From positions 1-46,719 of IMG/VR virus record IMGVR_UViG_3300036836_000011: a stretch of DNA of 46,719 bases; one strand, given 5' to 3'. How positions within the stretch are numbered: the stretch's first letter is position 1; every line of letters starts with the position of its first letter. This stretch comes from a virus. Its lineage: Duplodnaviria > Caudoviricetes. Both the position numbers and the translations under genes were made by a program. Of the stretch, positions 15,265 to 25,189 are shown piece by piece. The notes beneath the pieces are model-generated. The model was not told the DNA's origin, ran no database searches, and saw nothing but the letters and a program-made list of their open reading frames with translations.

Positions 15265-16996
15265 GGCACTGAGCGAACTGGAAGACCGGATTGGCAGCGA
15301 ACGGGCGGTTGCGCGGGCGCTGCGGGCGCTTGAGCTGCGCCAGGAGCGCCGCCGGCAGTCCGGACCTGGCGGCCTGCTGCACTTCATCCGGTACTTCTGG
15401 CACTGCGTTGAGCCTAATCGCGAGTTTGTAACCGGCTGGTCACTTGAGGCGATGTGCGATCACCTCGAAGCCGTGGATGAGGGGCGCATCACCCGGCTGT
15501 TGATCACGGTGCCGCCGGGCTCGATGAAGTCGCTGCTGTGCTCGGTGTTCTTCCCGGTCTGGCAGTGGTCGGCGCGCGACAAGCCGCACATGCGATATTT
15601 GAATTTCGCCTACGCCGCGCACCTGACGCAGCGCGATAACCAGCGCATGCTGCAGATTATCCAGAGCCCCGAGTTCCAGGAGCTGTGGGGGCCGCGCAAA
15701 GAGCCCGATCCTGTCACCGGTCGGCCGACAAAGAAAGGCTTCACGCTCACCGCAGACGGCAAGGAAAAGCCCGCCAACGACCGCACCGGCTGGAAGTTCG
15801 CGACCTCGGTGGGCGGTGTCGGCACCGGTGAGCGCGGCGATGGCGTCATCCTCGATGACCCGCACAATCTGAAGGACGACCGCTCGGAAGTCGTGCGGCC
15901 GGAGGTGGTGCGCTGGTTCAAAGAGGCGATGTCCAACCGCCTGAACGACATGGACAAGTCGTTCATCATCGCGATCATGCAGCGATCACACGAAGCCGAT
16001 GTCGCGGGCACCATCATCGAGGACGGGCTCGATTATGTGCACCTGAACATCCCAATGGAGTTCGAGGCGGACAACCGCTGCGTCACCCATACCGATGATG
16101 GGCGGGAGTTCTGGCGCGATCCCCGCCGGCATGATGGCGAGTTGATGTGGCCGGAGCGCTTTGGCCCCGAGGCGATCCGGAAAATCAAGAAGCTTGGCGA
16201 GCATGCCTGGGTGTCGCAGTACCAGCAGCGGCCCGAGCCGCGCGGCGGCGCGCTGATCAAGCGCGAATACTGGCAGCCCTACATCTGCAAGCGGGATGCA
16301 CGCGGCCGCGAGCTGTGGCCGCAGGCTGAAATCACCGTGGCTTCGCTCGACGGCGCGTATACCGAGAAGCAGGAGAACGACCCCAACGCGCTTAGCATCT
16401 GGTCAGTGTTCCAGAACGACGAGGGCTCATGGTGCGCGCTGCTCAAGCAGGCCTGGCGCAAACACCTGACGCTCAATGGCCGCGCCCGGCCGAAGGGATT
16501 GCGCGAGAGCTGGGGGGACTATTTTGCCGAGACGCAGCAGGATTGGGGCGTCATGCAGTGGGTACGCTATGAGTGCCATCGGCACCGCGTCGACACGCTG
16601 CTTATCGAGGCCAAGGCCAACGGGCTCGACGTCATCAACGAAAGCCAGCGGCTGAGTAAGTTCGATCCCTGGCAAATCGTCCCCGTCAACCCCAAAAACC
16701 TCGACAAGCGCGCCCGCGTCATCCGTGTCATCCCGGTGTTCGAGGAAGGGCTCGTCTATGCGGTTCAGCGCGACGGTGGCCAATGGCCGAAATACGCGCA
16801 GACCGCGATCGATGAGATGGCGGCCTTTCCGCGCGGCCGGTTTAACGATATAACCGATACTGCAACGCAAGCTTTGTGGTGGCTGCGCAAGGCCGGCTTC
16901 CTTGAGCACCACAATGACCAGATCGAGCGCCAGCGCCGCGAGGCGGAGCGGGCGGGCAAGAAACCAAAGGGCCGCAAGCCCCTGTATGAGGTGTAA
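15248..16996 (+). CDS. terL: Terminase large subunit
   Basis: VPPGSMKS Walker A, TGERGD, ILDDPH Walker B, IMQR, QYQQRP, FPRG..NDITD nuclease motifs. Confidence 0.95.
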   Translation: MTMLAEALSELEDRIGSERAVARALRALELRQERRRQSGPGGLLHFIRYFWHCVEPNREFVTGWSLEAMCDHLEAVDEGRITRLLITVPPGSMKSLLCSVFFPVWQWSARDKPHMRYLNFAYAAHLTQRDNQRMLQIIQSPEFQELWGPRKEPDPVTGRPTKKGFTLTADGKEKPANDRTGWKFATSVGGVGTGERGDGVILDDPHNLKDDRSEVVRPEVVRWFKEAMSNRLNDMDKSFIIAIMQRSHEADVAGTIIEDGLDYVHLNIPMEFEADNRCVTHTDDGREFWRDPRRHDGELMWPERFGPEAIRKIKKLGEHAWVSQYQQRPEPRGGALIKREYWQPYICKRDARGRELWPQAEITVASLDGAYTEKQENDPNALSIWSVFQNDEGSWCALLKQAWRKHLTLNGRARPKGLRESWGDYFAETQQDWGVMQWVRYECHRHRVDTLLIEAKANGLDVINESQRLSKFDPWQIVPVNPKNLDKRARVIRVIPVFEEGLVYAVQRDGGQWPKYAQTAIDEMAAFPRGRFNDITDTATQALWWLRKAGFLEHHNDQIERQRREAERAGKKPKGRKPLYEV

Positions 16997-16998
16997 CC

Positions 16999-19248
16999 AT
17001 GGCATCAGCTCCACGCCTCGCGACGCTTGACGGCGCGAACGTGCTTCCCGGCCTCCCTGGTGGCGCGCCGCTCGACGATGGCACCGAAGAAATTGAGCTG
17101 GCCGATGGCAGTGTGATCGTTCGATTGGGCGGCGGGGCCTATGTCGAGGATGAGACCTCCGAGCCCGTCGATGACGATTTTTATGACAACCTTGCCGACA
17201 AGATGGACGAGAGCGTCCTGGCGGGGATTGCCAACGAGCTGCTCGAAGGCATTGATGCCGACATCCTCAGCATGCGCACATGGATGAGCAACTATGAGCG
17301 CGGCATGTCGCTGCTCGGGCTCGAAATGAAGCAGCCGCGCGCCGAGGCCAGCGGCGAAGGCGTCAGCGTCGTGGATCACCCGTTGCTCATCGAGGCGTGC
17401 ATTTTGGAGCAGTCCAACGCTTGTGCCGAGCTGTTGCCGGCCGCCGGCCCGGTGAAGGTGGACAACCAGGGGCAGCAGACCGCGATCACAGATGAGGATG
17501 CGCAGCGCCTTCAGGACGACATGAACGAGTATCTGACCGTTCATCGGCCGGAATATTACCCGGACACTGAACGCATGCTGTTCCAGCGCGGTTTCGGTGG
17601 CATGGGTTTCAAGAAGCTGTTCCATTGCCCAATCCGCCGCGCTCCCGTGTCCGACGCGGTGCAGCCGGGTGATCTGATCATCAACAACCAGGCCAAAAGC
17701 CTTGAGGATGCCGCGCGTATCACCCACCGCATCAAGATGCGGCCCGGCCTGATGAAGCGCATGCAGCACATCGGCGCATACCGGCGCTGTGATCTGCATA
17801 CCCCGGTCGAGGACATCAGCGGCATCGAGCGCAAGACCGCGCAGATTGCCGGCATCCAGCCCACCACGACCCGACAGCAAGACGTGGATTTCACCATCTA
17901 TGAGTGCTGCGCTGAGCTGGATATGCCGGGCGATGAGCACATGGAAGATGGCAAACCGACCGGCCTGCCGCGTCCCTACATCGTCACCATCGAGAAGGAC
18001 AGCCGGCAGGTGCTCGAAATCCGGCGCAACTGGGTGGATGGCGATGACCTGTTCATCGCGCGCCGCCGGTTCGTCGCGTTCCCGTACCTGCCGATGTTCG
18101 GCTTCCTGGCGAGCGGCCTGCTGACCGTGCTGAGCAACACCACCTCGGCGCTAACGGCGGGCTGGCGCATCATGATCGACAGCGGCATGTTCGCGAATTT
18201 CCCCGGCGGCATGTATCTGAAGAACGGCGACCGGCAGGCCGACAACAACTTCCGCGCCGCGCCGGGCGAGTTTGCCCCGGTGGACGGCGGCGGCACGGAC
18301 GACATCCGCAAAGTGATCGCGCCCTATCCCTATAAAGAACCCGGCCCGGCGACGCAGCAGTTCTTCGAGAAGCTTGAGGAGACGGGGCAGCGCGTCGGCG
18401 GCACCGCGTCCATCCCGGTGGCCGAGGGCAAGGCTGACGCGCCTGTGGGCACCACGCTGGCCGCGCTGGAACAGGTGTCAAAGATGGTCGCGGCCACGCA
18501 TCGGCGCGCGCATCAGTCACAGGCGCTTGAATTTCAGATTTTGCTTGAGCTGATCCGGGAGAAACCCGAGGATTTCCTTAAGTTTTTTGAGAAGGAAGGC
18601 TTTTGGACGACCGAGCGCCTGACGCGTGCGCTCGACAATTGGTCGCTGGTGCCTGTCGCGGACCCGAACACCCCGACGCAGATGCACCGGATCATCAAGA
18701 TGATGGCGGTGAAGCAGCTCGAACAGCTCGCACCCGATCGGTATGATGGGCGCCAGGTGGATGAGCGCATCCTCAACGTCATCGGCATTGACGATCCAGA
18801 ATCGCTGTTCGCTCCGCCTGCGCAACCTGGCGCGCTGCCCCCTGATCCAACGCTCGCCGTGGCCAATCTGGTGGCGCAGACCGAGGCGCTGAAGGCCGCG
18901 AGCAAGGAACGCATTGAGCAGTACAAGGCGAACCTCGCGGCGCAGATCAAGCAGGCCGAAATGGTGCTCAAAGAGCGCATCGAGGCTGAGAAAATCGCGG
19001 TGGCTCGCGAAAAGACCGAGAGCACTGAGGAAATCGCTGTCATGAAGGAAGGCGCGACCACGGAGCGCGAGGCCATGAAGATGCAGGGCCAAGCGGTGCT
19101 GAGCGACGCTGACCGCGAGCACCAGGCATCTGAGGCGGCGGAACAGCGCGCGAGCGCTGAGCGTGTGGCCGCAGACCGTAACAAAACGACAACGCAGGTA
19201 GCTAAGCAGAAGGGGAATGGCAATGCAGGGGGTAGCAAGCAGGTTTAG
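16999..19248 (+). CDS. Portal protein
   Basis: 749 aa immediately after TerL; HPLL.EA, GPVK, G..FKK; long C-terminal coiled coil (barrel). Confidence 0.88.
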   Translation: MASAPRLATLDGANVLPGLPGGAPLDDGTEEIELADGSVIVRLGGGAYVEDETSEPVDDDFYDNLADKMDESVLAGIANELLEGIDADILSMRTWMSNYERGMSLLGLEMKQPRAEASGEGVSVVDHPLLIEACILEQSNACAELLPAAGPVKVDNQGQQTAITDEDAQRLQDDMNEYLTVHRPEYYPDTERMLFQRGFGGMGFKKLFHCPIRRAPVSDAVQPGDLIINNQAKSLEDAARITHRIKMRPGLMKRMQHIGAYRRCDLHTPVEDISGIERKTAQIAGIQPTTTRQQDVDFTIYECCAELDMPGDEHMEDGKPTGLPRPYIVTIEKDSRQVLEIRRNWVDGDDLFIARRRFVAFPYLPMFGFLASGLLTVLSNTTSALTAGWRIMIDSGMFANFPGGMYLKNGDRQADNNFRAAPGEFAPVDGGGTDDIRKVIAPYPYKEPGPATQQFFEKLEETGQRVGGTASIPVAEGKADAPVGTTLAALEQVSKMVAATHRRAHQSQALEFQILLELIREKPEDFLKFFEKEGFWTTERLTRALDNWSLVPVADPNTPTQMHRIIKMMAVKQLEQLAPDRYDGRQVDERILNVIGIDDPESLFAPPAQPGALPPDPTLAVANLVAQTEALKAASKERIEQYKANLAAQIKQAEMVLKERIEAEKIAVAREKTESTEEIAVMKEGATTEREAMKMQGQAVLSDADREHQASEAAEQRASAERVAADRNKTTTQVAKQKGNGNAGGSKQV

Positions 19249-19390
19249 CATCGTCGCAGCGCTCATGCTGGCGGCAATCATCCTCTATGGATGTCCAGCC
19301 AACGATGAGAGCTATATGGATTGCAGCCGCAAGGGCAAACCGTTGCAGTGGGATGCCCAGCGGGAAAAGTGGCACTGTGGAGATAGATAG
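19223..19390 (+). CDS. Small lipoprotein (55 aa), not in ORF track
   Basis: MQGVASRFSIVAALMLAAIILYGC|PANDESYMDCSRKGKPLQWDAQREKWHCGDR; hydrophobic signal with LYGC lipobox; AAGGGG SD. Confidence 0.6.
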   Translation: MQGVASRFSIVAALMLAAIILYGCPANDESYMDCSRKGKPLQWDAQREKWHCGDR

Positions 19391-19392
19391 CC

Positions 19393-19752
19393 ATGCCCAG
19401 CTATAGCGAAATTCGCAAAGGGTGCGCGCGCAGCAAATATGCGCGCGGTGGGCGCGTCGGAAAGGATGCCAAAACCGGCCGCACCGTGATAAACATCGTG
19501 GTGCCACCGGCAGGCGGAACGCCGGCCCCGGCCATGGCGGCACCGGCTCCCGCTCCCATACCGCCTTCTGGGGGCGCTCCGGTGCCGCCGCAGGCCGCCG
19601 CCATGGCCCTGGGTCAAATGCAGGGCAAGCCCGGCATGCCCGGTGCCTTCGCGCGCGGTGGGCGTGTGACCGCCCCCAAGCCGGCCCCGGCGACCAAGAA
19701 GGCTGGCGCGGGCTCGGGCATCGGCCGTTTGCAGAAAGAGCGCAAGCGCTGA
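19393..19752 (+). CDS. Basic Pro/Ala-rich head-associated protein with two (Y/F)ARGGRV motifs
   Basis: KYARGGRV and AFARGGRV; C-terminal AGAGSG.GRL.K. Confidence 0.75.
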   Translation: MPSYSEIRKGCARSKYARGGRVGKDAKTGRTVINIVVPPAGGTPAPAMAAPAPAPIPPSGGAPVPPQAAAMALGQMQGKPGMPGAFARGGRVTAPKPAPATKKAGAGSGIGRLQKERKR

Positions 19753-19946
19753 TGCAGGTCACAGTATCCGGCCAGCGCTATCACACCGAGCTGACGAACT
19801 GGCTCAATGAGCGTATCGCCAAGCACAGCAACGACATCGTTGCAGGCGTTGACGTTGCTGTGTACAAAGAGCGCGTGGCGCATATTCGTGCGCTCAAGGA
19901 TGTGTTGGCGGAATTGCCAGCCATATTGACGAAGGCGAAAGATTAA
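19752..19946 (+). CDS. Small hypothetical protein preceding GroES
   Basis: MQVTVSG...YKERVAHIRAL; TGATG coupling. Confidence 0.7.
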   Translation: MQVTVSGQRYHTELTNWLNERIAKHSNDIVAGVDVAVYKERVAHIRALKDVLAELPAILTKAKD

Positions 19947-20423
19947 ATGCGAATTGACCTGCAACGCTATCGGGAAGATCCGGCCTGTGCCGAACCCGAT
20001 GGTCTGAAACGTAAGCTGCTTGCCGATCTCGAATCGCGCCTTGGCGGCATCCATCTGCAGCGCAACCGAGTGCTCGTGGCGACCTATATCCGTCCGAATA
20101 TCTCGCGCGGCGGCATCATCTTCACTGCCAAGACCGGCGAGGAAGACCGTTATCAGGGCAAAGCCGGCCTGCTGCTGAAATGCGGCCCGCTTGCCTTCGA
20201 TTTCGATGAGGTGCGCGAGCGTCTTGCGGATGGGATGAGCGAGGAACAGGCTCGGGATGAGCTGGGTATCCCGTATCCTGGCGACTGGGTGCTGTTTCGC
20301 ACCTCGGAGACCTGGGAAACCGGCATCGAGATCGCAGACGGCCACGGCGTCTGTGCATCCTGCCGGTTCATCTATGATGACGCAATCATCGCGCGGCTGA
20401 ACGATCCTTCCATTATCGATTAG
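19947..20423 (+). CDS. groES: Co-chaperonin GroES-like protein
   Basis: NRVLV, SRGGIIF mobile loop, G.LL..GPLAF, GDWVLF, R.I.DD.I.A. Confidence 0.8.
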   Translation: MRIDLQRYREDPACAEPDGLKRKLLADLESRLGGIHLQRNRVLVATYIRPNISRGGIIFTAKTGEEDRYQGKAGLLLKCGPLAFDFDEVRERLADGMSEEQARDELGIPYPGDWVLFRTSETWETGIEIADGHGVCASCRFIYDDAIIARLNDPSIID

Positions 20424-20433
20424 GGTGTGACCT

Positions 20434-21471
20434 ATGGCAAACCGGGGCCGGCGAGGCGGTGCCGCCGCAATCTATGCAGCCCGCATGACCGAGGAAATCG
20501 AGGTCAGCGAGGATGAGCGTGAGGAATTGGGCGGTGACCCGCCGGCCCCGGATGACATCGAGCCGGTGGTCGAGGATGAGGACGAAGACCCATCTGAGCA
20601 GTTGCCGGACTACTCCCATGAGGAAGAGCCCGAGCCGGAATCTGAGCCGCAGTCCGAGCCCGAGGATGCGGTTACGCATCTGAAGCGCCAGATCGAAGAG
20701 CTGACCGGGCAAAAGCAGCAGGCCGAAACGCGCGCTGTCATGAGTGAGCTGGAAGGCAACCGCGCGGTTGTCGCCAGTGCCCGCGCCGCCGCGCAGACTG
20801 CCCTCGAAACCGCCGAGGCCGCCTATGCGGCAGCCGCCAGCAAGGGCGATTGGACGGCGGCTGCCAAGGCACAGCGCGAGATCGCGGCGGCTGTGGCCGA
20901 TGTGCGCGAATTCGAGGATGCCGAAGCCGAAATCAAGGCGCGCATCGAGCAGAGCAAGCGCGCGCCCGCGCGGCAGACCGAGCGGCAGCAGCCCGCCGAC
21001 GCTTTCGATGCCGCGATTGCCAGCATGACGCCGCAGGCGCAGGCGTGGTGCCGCAAGAACAAGGCTGACCTCACCAGCGATCCTAAGCGCGGTGCTCGCG
21101 CGCAGGCCGGGCATCTGCTGGCGGTTTCCGAGGGGCTCACTGCCGACACCCCGGAATATTTCGCGTTCCTCGACAAGCACATGGGGTATCAGGTGAGCAG
21201 CAAGACCGACGCGGGAGGCCGCCGCGAAACCCCGGCCGCGAAGAAGCCCACGGGCAAGCCGCGCGTGGCGGCCCCGGCCGGCGGCCGCACGGCGGCGACT
21301 GGCAGCCCGCGCGAGGTGACGCTATCTAAGGCGGAAGTTGCCATGGCGCGCACCATGGGCATGAGCATCAAGGATTACGCGAAACACAAGGCGGAGATTA
21401 TCGAAAATGGCAAGGACCCGAGCCGCACCGGCCTCCGATACAGCAGCCAGACGCACCACTCGCAGCGCTAA
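20434..21471 (+). CDS. Scaffolding protein
   Basis: Acidic N-terminus, coiled coil, C-terminal V.LS..E..MA..MG.S..DYAK. Confidence 0.75.
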   Translation: MANRGRRGGAAAIYAARMTEEIEVSEDEREELGGDPPAPDDIEPVVEDEDEDPSEQLPDYSHEEEPEPESEPQSEPEDAVTHLKRQIEELTGQKQQAETRAVMSELEGNRAVVASARAAAQTALETAEAAYAAAASKGDWTAAAKAQREIAAAVADVREFEDAEAEIKARIEQSKRAPARQTERQQPADAFDAAIASMTPQAQAWCRKNKADLTSDPKRGARAQAGHLLAVSEGLTADTPEYFAFLDKHMGYQVSSKTDAGGRRETPAAKKPTGKPRVAAPAGGRTAATGSPREVTLSKAEVAMARTMGMSIKDYAKHKAEIIENGKDPSRTGLRYSSQTHHSQR

Positions 21472-22102
21472 GCCTGCGGCGGTCACCGATTCATTTGGCA
21501 ACCCGGCTCCGACCACGGCGGCCGCGCGTAAGCGCGGCCGGCCGGTGAAGCGCGAAGCCGTGCGCCGCGAGCTGCGTGATGGCCAGGTGCTCGGGCGTGA
21601 TGGCGAGATCGTCAGCCGCTCGCGCATCAGCGGATACCATCAGAGTGAGCTGGAAATCCCGGAGCATCTGCGTGACCCGCGCTATGATCTGCAGTGGGCG
21701 CGCACGTCCTGTTTCGGCAAGCCAGACCCGGCGAACATCAACCTGCTGAAATCGCAGGGTTGGCGCGAGGTTCATCCGAAAAGCTATCCCGGTCTGTTCC
21801 CGGACATGAAGGATCGTCACTGTTTCGAGCGTGACGGGCTCATGCTGATGGAACGGCCAATTCAGTTGACGCATGAGGCACTTGCCGAACAACATCAAGA
21901 TGCGTTAGAGTTGCGTCAAATTCAGACTGAGGCGTTCGGCAATCGTAAATTGCCACGCGGCTTTGACGAAGGGTACGTGGCACGCAATCGGGATGGCAGC
22001 TCAATGGATGCCCGGCGGAAAATCGTTCGCGAGCGTCCTGTTGCATCACCCCGCGAGCTGCGCCCGGCATATGAATATGCCGGCCCGGGCGAAGACGAAT
22101 AA
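21407..22102 (+). CDS. Conserved head-module protein
   Basis: W.R.S..G..D..N......GW..V....DGL.LMERP pattern after scaffold. Confidence 0.7.
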   Translation: MARTRAAPASDTAARRTTRSAKPAAVTDSFGNPAPTTAAARKRGRPVKREAVRRELRDGQVLGRDGEIVSRSRISGYHQSELEIPEHLRDPRYDLQWARTSCFGKPDPANINLLKSQGWREVHPKSYPGLFPDMKDRHCFERDGLMLMERPIQLTHEALAEQHQDALELRQIQTEAFGNRKLPRGFDEGYVARNRDGSSMDARRKIVRERPVASPRELRPAYEYAGPGEDE

Positions 22103-22106
22103 CCCA

Positions 22107-22182
22107 AGCGCCTGGTGCTGAGGCGCTGAGACATGCCGGGGTGATCGACGGAATGACGATCACCCCGGCCCACGAAACAGCA
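22107..22182 (+). other. Tandem hairpins in the leader of the capsid genes
   Basis: 7-bp AGCGCCT/AGGCGCT and perfect 13-bp GCCGGGGTGATCG/CGATCACCCCGGC stems. Confidence 0.6.
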
Positions 22183-22268
22183 GAAGGACCGAAGCAGACA
22201 AGCGGACGGCGGCGGAATGCCCAAGTGATCGCGGCTTCTAAAGGATCAACCCTTGAGGAGTTGCCACC

Positions 22269-22889
22269 ATGGCAAACACGAATTCCCCGTTCGGCTTGCG
22301 CCCGCTCGGTCGTCAGAACGACGCCACTCCCAGCTACGGGATTGAGCAGGGCAAGGCTTCCAGCGCCAACACCACCAAGTTCTATCGCGGCGACGTTCTC
22401 AAGCGCCTGAACACCGGTTACCTCGACGTGTTCACGGGTGCCATTGGTGCGACCGCTGCGAGCGGCCGTGACCAGGCTATCGGCATCTTCTGGGGATGCG
22501 AATACCTCTCGACCGCGTTCGGGCGGCGCATCATCACGAATTACTGGCCCGGCGGCGATGCCACTGGCGATGTGATCGTGCAGTACATCCCGCTGACCGG
22601 CTTCCCGAACGCGCGTCTGGTTGCGCAGTCCAACGGCAGCCCGTTCACCTTTGCCGATATCGGCCTCAATCTTGACATCGCTTATGCGGCTGGCACGGCT
22701 TACACCGGTTATAGCAAGTCGGGTGTCACCCTGAACCAGTCCACGCTTGACACTGGTGTCGGCCTGCCCTTCCGGCTGGTTGGCCTGTGGTCTGATTATG
22801 CCGCCAGCGGTCAGCCGGGTGCCGACAATTCCAGCAATTACAACTGGGGCGTTGTCGAGTTCAACGGCATGAACGAGACCGGCCTCTAA
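22269..22889 (+). CDS. Minor capsid/decoration protein
   Basis: MANTNSPFGLRP start, GIFWGCEY; GAGGAG SD; directly before the major capsid gene. Confidence 0.7.
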   Translation: MANTNSPFGLRPLGRQNDATPSYGIEQGKASSANTTKFYRGDVLKRLNTGYLDVFTGAIGATAASGRDQAIGIFWGCEYLSTAFGRRIITNYWPGGDATGDVIVQYIPLTGFPNARLVAQSNGSPFTFADIGLNLDIAYAAGTAYTGYSKSGVTLNQSTLDTGVGLPFRLVGLWSDYAASGQPGADNSSNYNWGVVEFNGMNETGL

Positions 22890-22952
22890 TCGCAACGCAT
22901 GCCTCGGCCGGCGGGCACACCAGACCGGCAGCACTCCCACGGAGCATGAACC

Positions 22953-23867
22953 ATGTCTATCAATATTGCGGCAATCCGTGATTTGCTGCTGCCTGGCCTG
23001 ATGAATGTCACCGGCCAGTATCGCCAGATCGAACGGCAGTGGTCCTCGGTGTTCAAGACGCATCAGTCCAACATGCAGCTTGAGCGCACCGTGCAGGCGC
23101 GTTACCTGCCTATGGCCGTTCTGAAGAATGAAGGCGGCCCGACCACCTTCGACAACAACGCGGGCGAGCGTTTCGTCTGGAACATGGAACCCATCGAGGC
23201 CGGCCTTGGCTACGCGATCACGCGCAAGGCCATCGATGACAACCTGTACCAGTCCGCGTTCATGCCCACGAACCTCGGCTTGAACAAGTCGTTCAGCGAG
23301 TTCTGGGAGGTCGAGGCGGCCGGCATCTTCAACACCGCCAACGTTTATGATAGCGCCCTTGGTGGCGACGGCGTGGCGCTGCTGAGCACCAGCCACCCCT
23401 ATGACTATGGCACTTGGGCGAACACGCCCACCGTGCAGATGGACCTTAACGAAACCTCGCTGACCGATGGTCAGAAGGCAATCCGCAAGAACTTCGTGGA
23501 TGAGGCCGGCCTCAAGGTCCGTGCTCGCGCGCAGCTTCTCTGCGTCCCGGTGGACCTCGAAGACGTGGCCATCCGCCTGACGCAGACCGAGCTGCGGCCT
23601 GGCACCGCCAACAACGATGTGAACGTTGTCACGCGCATGTCCGGCGGTATCCCCAAGGGCTTCAAGGTGTTCGACTATTTCACCAGCGCTCGGGCATGGT
23701 TCCTCAAGACCGACATCGAGGGGCTCATTCACATTCAGCGCGTTGCCTACGAAACCGATATGTTCTGCGATTTCGTGACCGACAACCTGCTGGTGAAGGG
23801 CTATGAGCGCGCGGGCTTCTTCTACAACGACCCGAGGTGCTTGTACGGCAGCATGCCGACCGCCTAA
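22953..23867 (+). CDS. Major capsid protein (Mu gpT-like)
   Basis: LLLPGL, K.EG....D, LGYAITRKAIDDNLY, GGDGVALLSTSHP, AWFLKTD; followed by terminator. Confidence 0.88.
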   Translation: MSINIAAIRDLLLPGLMNVTGQYRQIERQWSSVFKTHQSNMQLERTVQARYLPMAVLKNEGGPTTFDNNAGERFVWNMEPIEAGLGYAITRKAIDDNLYQSAFMPTNLGLNKSFSEFWEVEAAGIFNTANVYDSALGGDGVALLSTSHPYDYGTWANTPTVQMDLNETSLTDGQKAIRKNFVDEAGLKVRARAQLLCVPVDLEDVAIRLTQTELRPGTANNDVNVVTRMSGGIPKGFKVFDYFTSARAWFLKTDIEGLIHIQRVAYETDMFCDFVTDNLLVKGYERAGFFYNDPRCLYGSMPTA

Positions 23868-23875
23868 GCGTGTGA

Positions 23876-23901
23876 GCGGCCGGTAACCCCGGCCGTTTTT
23901 C
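23876..23901 (+). terminator. Intrinsic terminator after major capsid gene
   Basis: GCGGCCGG-TAACC-CCGGCCG-TTTTT. Confidence 0.85.
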
Positions 23902-23929
23902 TCAACCTCGATGTCAGGAGAGCACCGCC

Positions 23930-24658
23930 ATGGGCGTGCCGACAGTCTTCCCGGACGGCGTGACCAATGCCGCGCTGAACAGCCTTCCCGCGCTCTATGG
24001 CGCGCTCTATCCGGCCAAATACTACCAGTTTTTCACCGACTTCGACCGCTACAACGCCGCAACCTCCGGGGTGTGTGACTGGCTCGCGACCATCACCGAG
24101 GCGGGTGCGGGTTCGGCCAGCGCTGTGGTGCAGGATGCGCTCGGCGGCGTGCTGCTGGTGACGAACGACGCGGCGGACAACGACGCGTATTTCGCACAAT
24201 GGGCTGGTCAGAACAGCGCCAATGTCGCGGAAACCTTCAAGTTCGTCGCGGGCAAGCAGACCTGGTTCGAAGCCCGCTTCAAGGTGTCCGACGCAACGCA
24301 GTCCGATCTCATCCTCGGGCTCGTCATTGCCGACACCTCGCCGCTGGACGCCACGGACAAGCTTGCCTTCACCAAGGCGGACGGCTCCACCACGCTGAAC
24401 CTGGAAATTACCAAGAACAGCACCACGACCACGGTAACCGCCGCCACCCTGGCAAACGACACCTGGGTCACTGTCGGTTACTACTATGACGGCGTTGACA
24501 GCGTGGATTGCTATGTCAATGGTAATCGCGTTGGCTCGGGTGTGGTGACGAACCTGCCGGACGACGAAGAGCTGGCCGTCACCTTCGGCATTCAGAACGG
24601 TGAGGCGGTGGCCAAGACTCTCTCGCTGGACTGGATTTTTGCGGCCACCGAGCGCTAA
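23930..24658 (+). CDS. Virion structural protein (beta-sandwich/lectin-like)
   Basis: Beta-rich, Thr/Ala-rich; AGGAG SD. Confidence 0.65.
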   Translation: MGVPTVFPDGVTNAALNSLPALYGALYPAKYYQFFTDFDRYNAATSGVCDWLATITEAGAGSASAVVQDALGGVLLVTNDAADNDAYFAQWAGQNSANVAETFKFVAGKQTWFEARFKVSDATQSDLILGLVIADTSPLDATDKLAFTKADGSTTLNLEITKNSTTTTVTAATLANDTWVTVGYYYDGVDSVDCYVNGNRVGSGVVTNLPDDEELAVTFGIQNGEAVAKTLSLDWIFAATER

Positions 24659-24683
24659 GAGTGATCGATCACAGGAGAACAGC

Positions 24684-24854
24684 ATGGCCAAGAAAGCAGG
24701 CCCCGCCGGCACCGCGCCGAAGGGTGGGAAGCAGCCGCAGCAGAAGAAGCCGGCGACTACGGGGCGCACCAAGCGCATTGCCAAGGGTGCGCCGACGCAT
24801 GGCGGCGGGTCCGACCTGAACCCATACAGCTCGGCGCGTCGCGGCGGCAAATGA
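24684..24854 (+). CDS. Small basic protein
   Basis: MAKKAGPAGTAPKGGK...GGGSDLNPYSSARRGGK; AGGAG SD. Confidence 0.65.
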   Translation: MAKKAGPAGTAPKGGKQPQQKKPATTGRTKRIAKGAPTHGGGSDLNPYSSARRGGK

Positions 24855-25177
24855 ACCCGGTTTCTCAGGCGTTCAGCGCCGCGACCACGCCGGGGGAACA
24901 GGAACCCATCTCGCTCAACATGCTGGCGATGGCCCATCATGTTGCGGCGGTTTTCGTTGACAGCGGGGTCACCGCCACCTTCGCGGTGCAGGTGACGCTT
25001 GACGATGTGAACGATCCGGCAGTCACACCGCGCTGGTTTACGCTGACCGGTGCGCCCACGAATGCCAGCGGCTATGTCGAGTTCAACGGCCCCTGGCGCT
25101 TCATTCGTATCGACATTGACGCAATCGATGGTGTGGTCGAGTTCAAGGTTGGACAGGCAGACACCTCACGACGCTAG
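24851..25177 (+). CDS. Virion structural protein
   Basis: V..T.DD....W..........P...IR pattern in structural module. Confidence 0.6.
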   Translation: MNPVSQAFSAATTPGEQEPISLNMLAMAHHVAAVFVDSGVTATFAVQVTLDDVNDPAVTPRWFTLTGAPTNASGYVEFNGPWRFIRIDIDAIDGVVEFKVGQADTSRR

Positions 25178-25189
25178 CAAAGGCCGCAG

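Noticed and set aside
22120-22180. Hammerhead ribozyme (CTGA...stem...CGAAAC)
   Set aside because: Core is CTGAGAC rather than CTGANGA, the stem is not flush with the core, and no stem I/III was found
21840-23732. 630-aa minus-strand ORF (also 36633-38432, 31150-32814, 13665-15134, 6677-8110)
   Set aside because: Antisense shadows of well-supported genes in GC-rich DNA; no motifs
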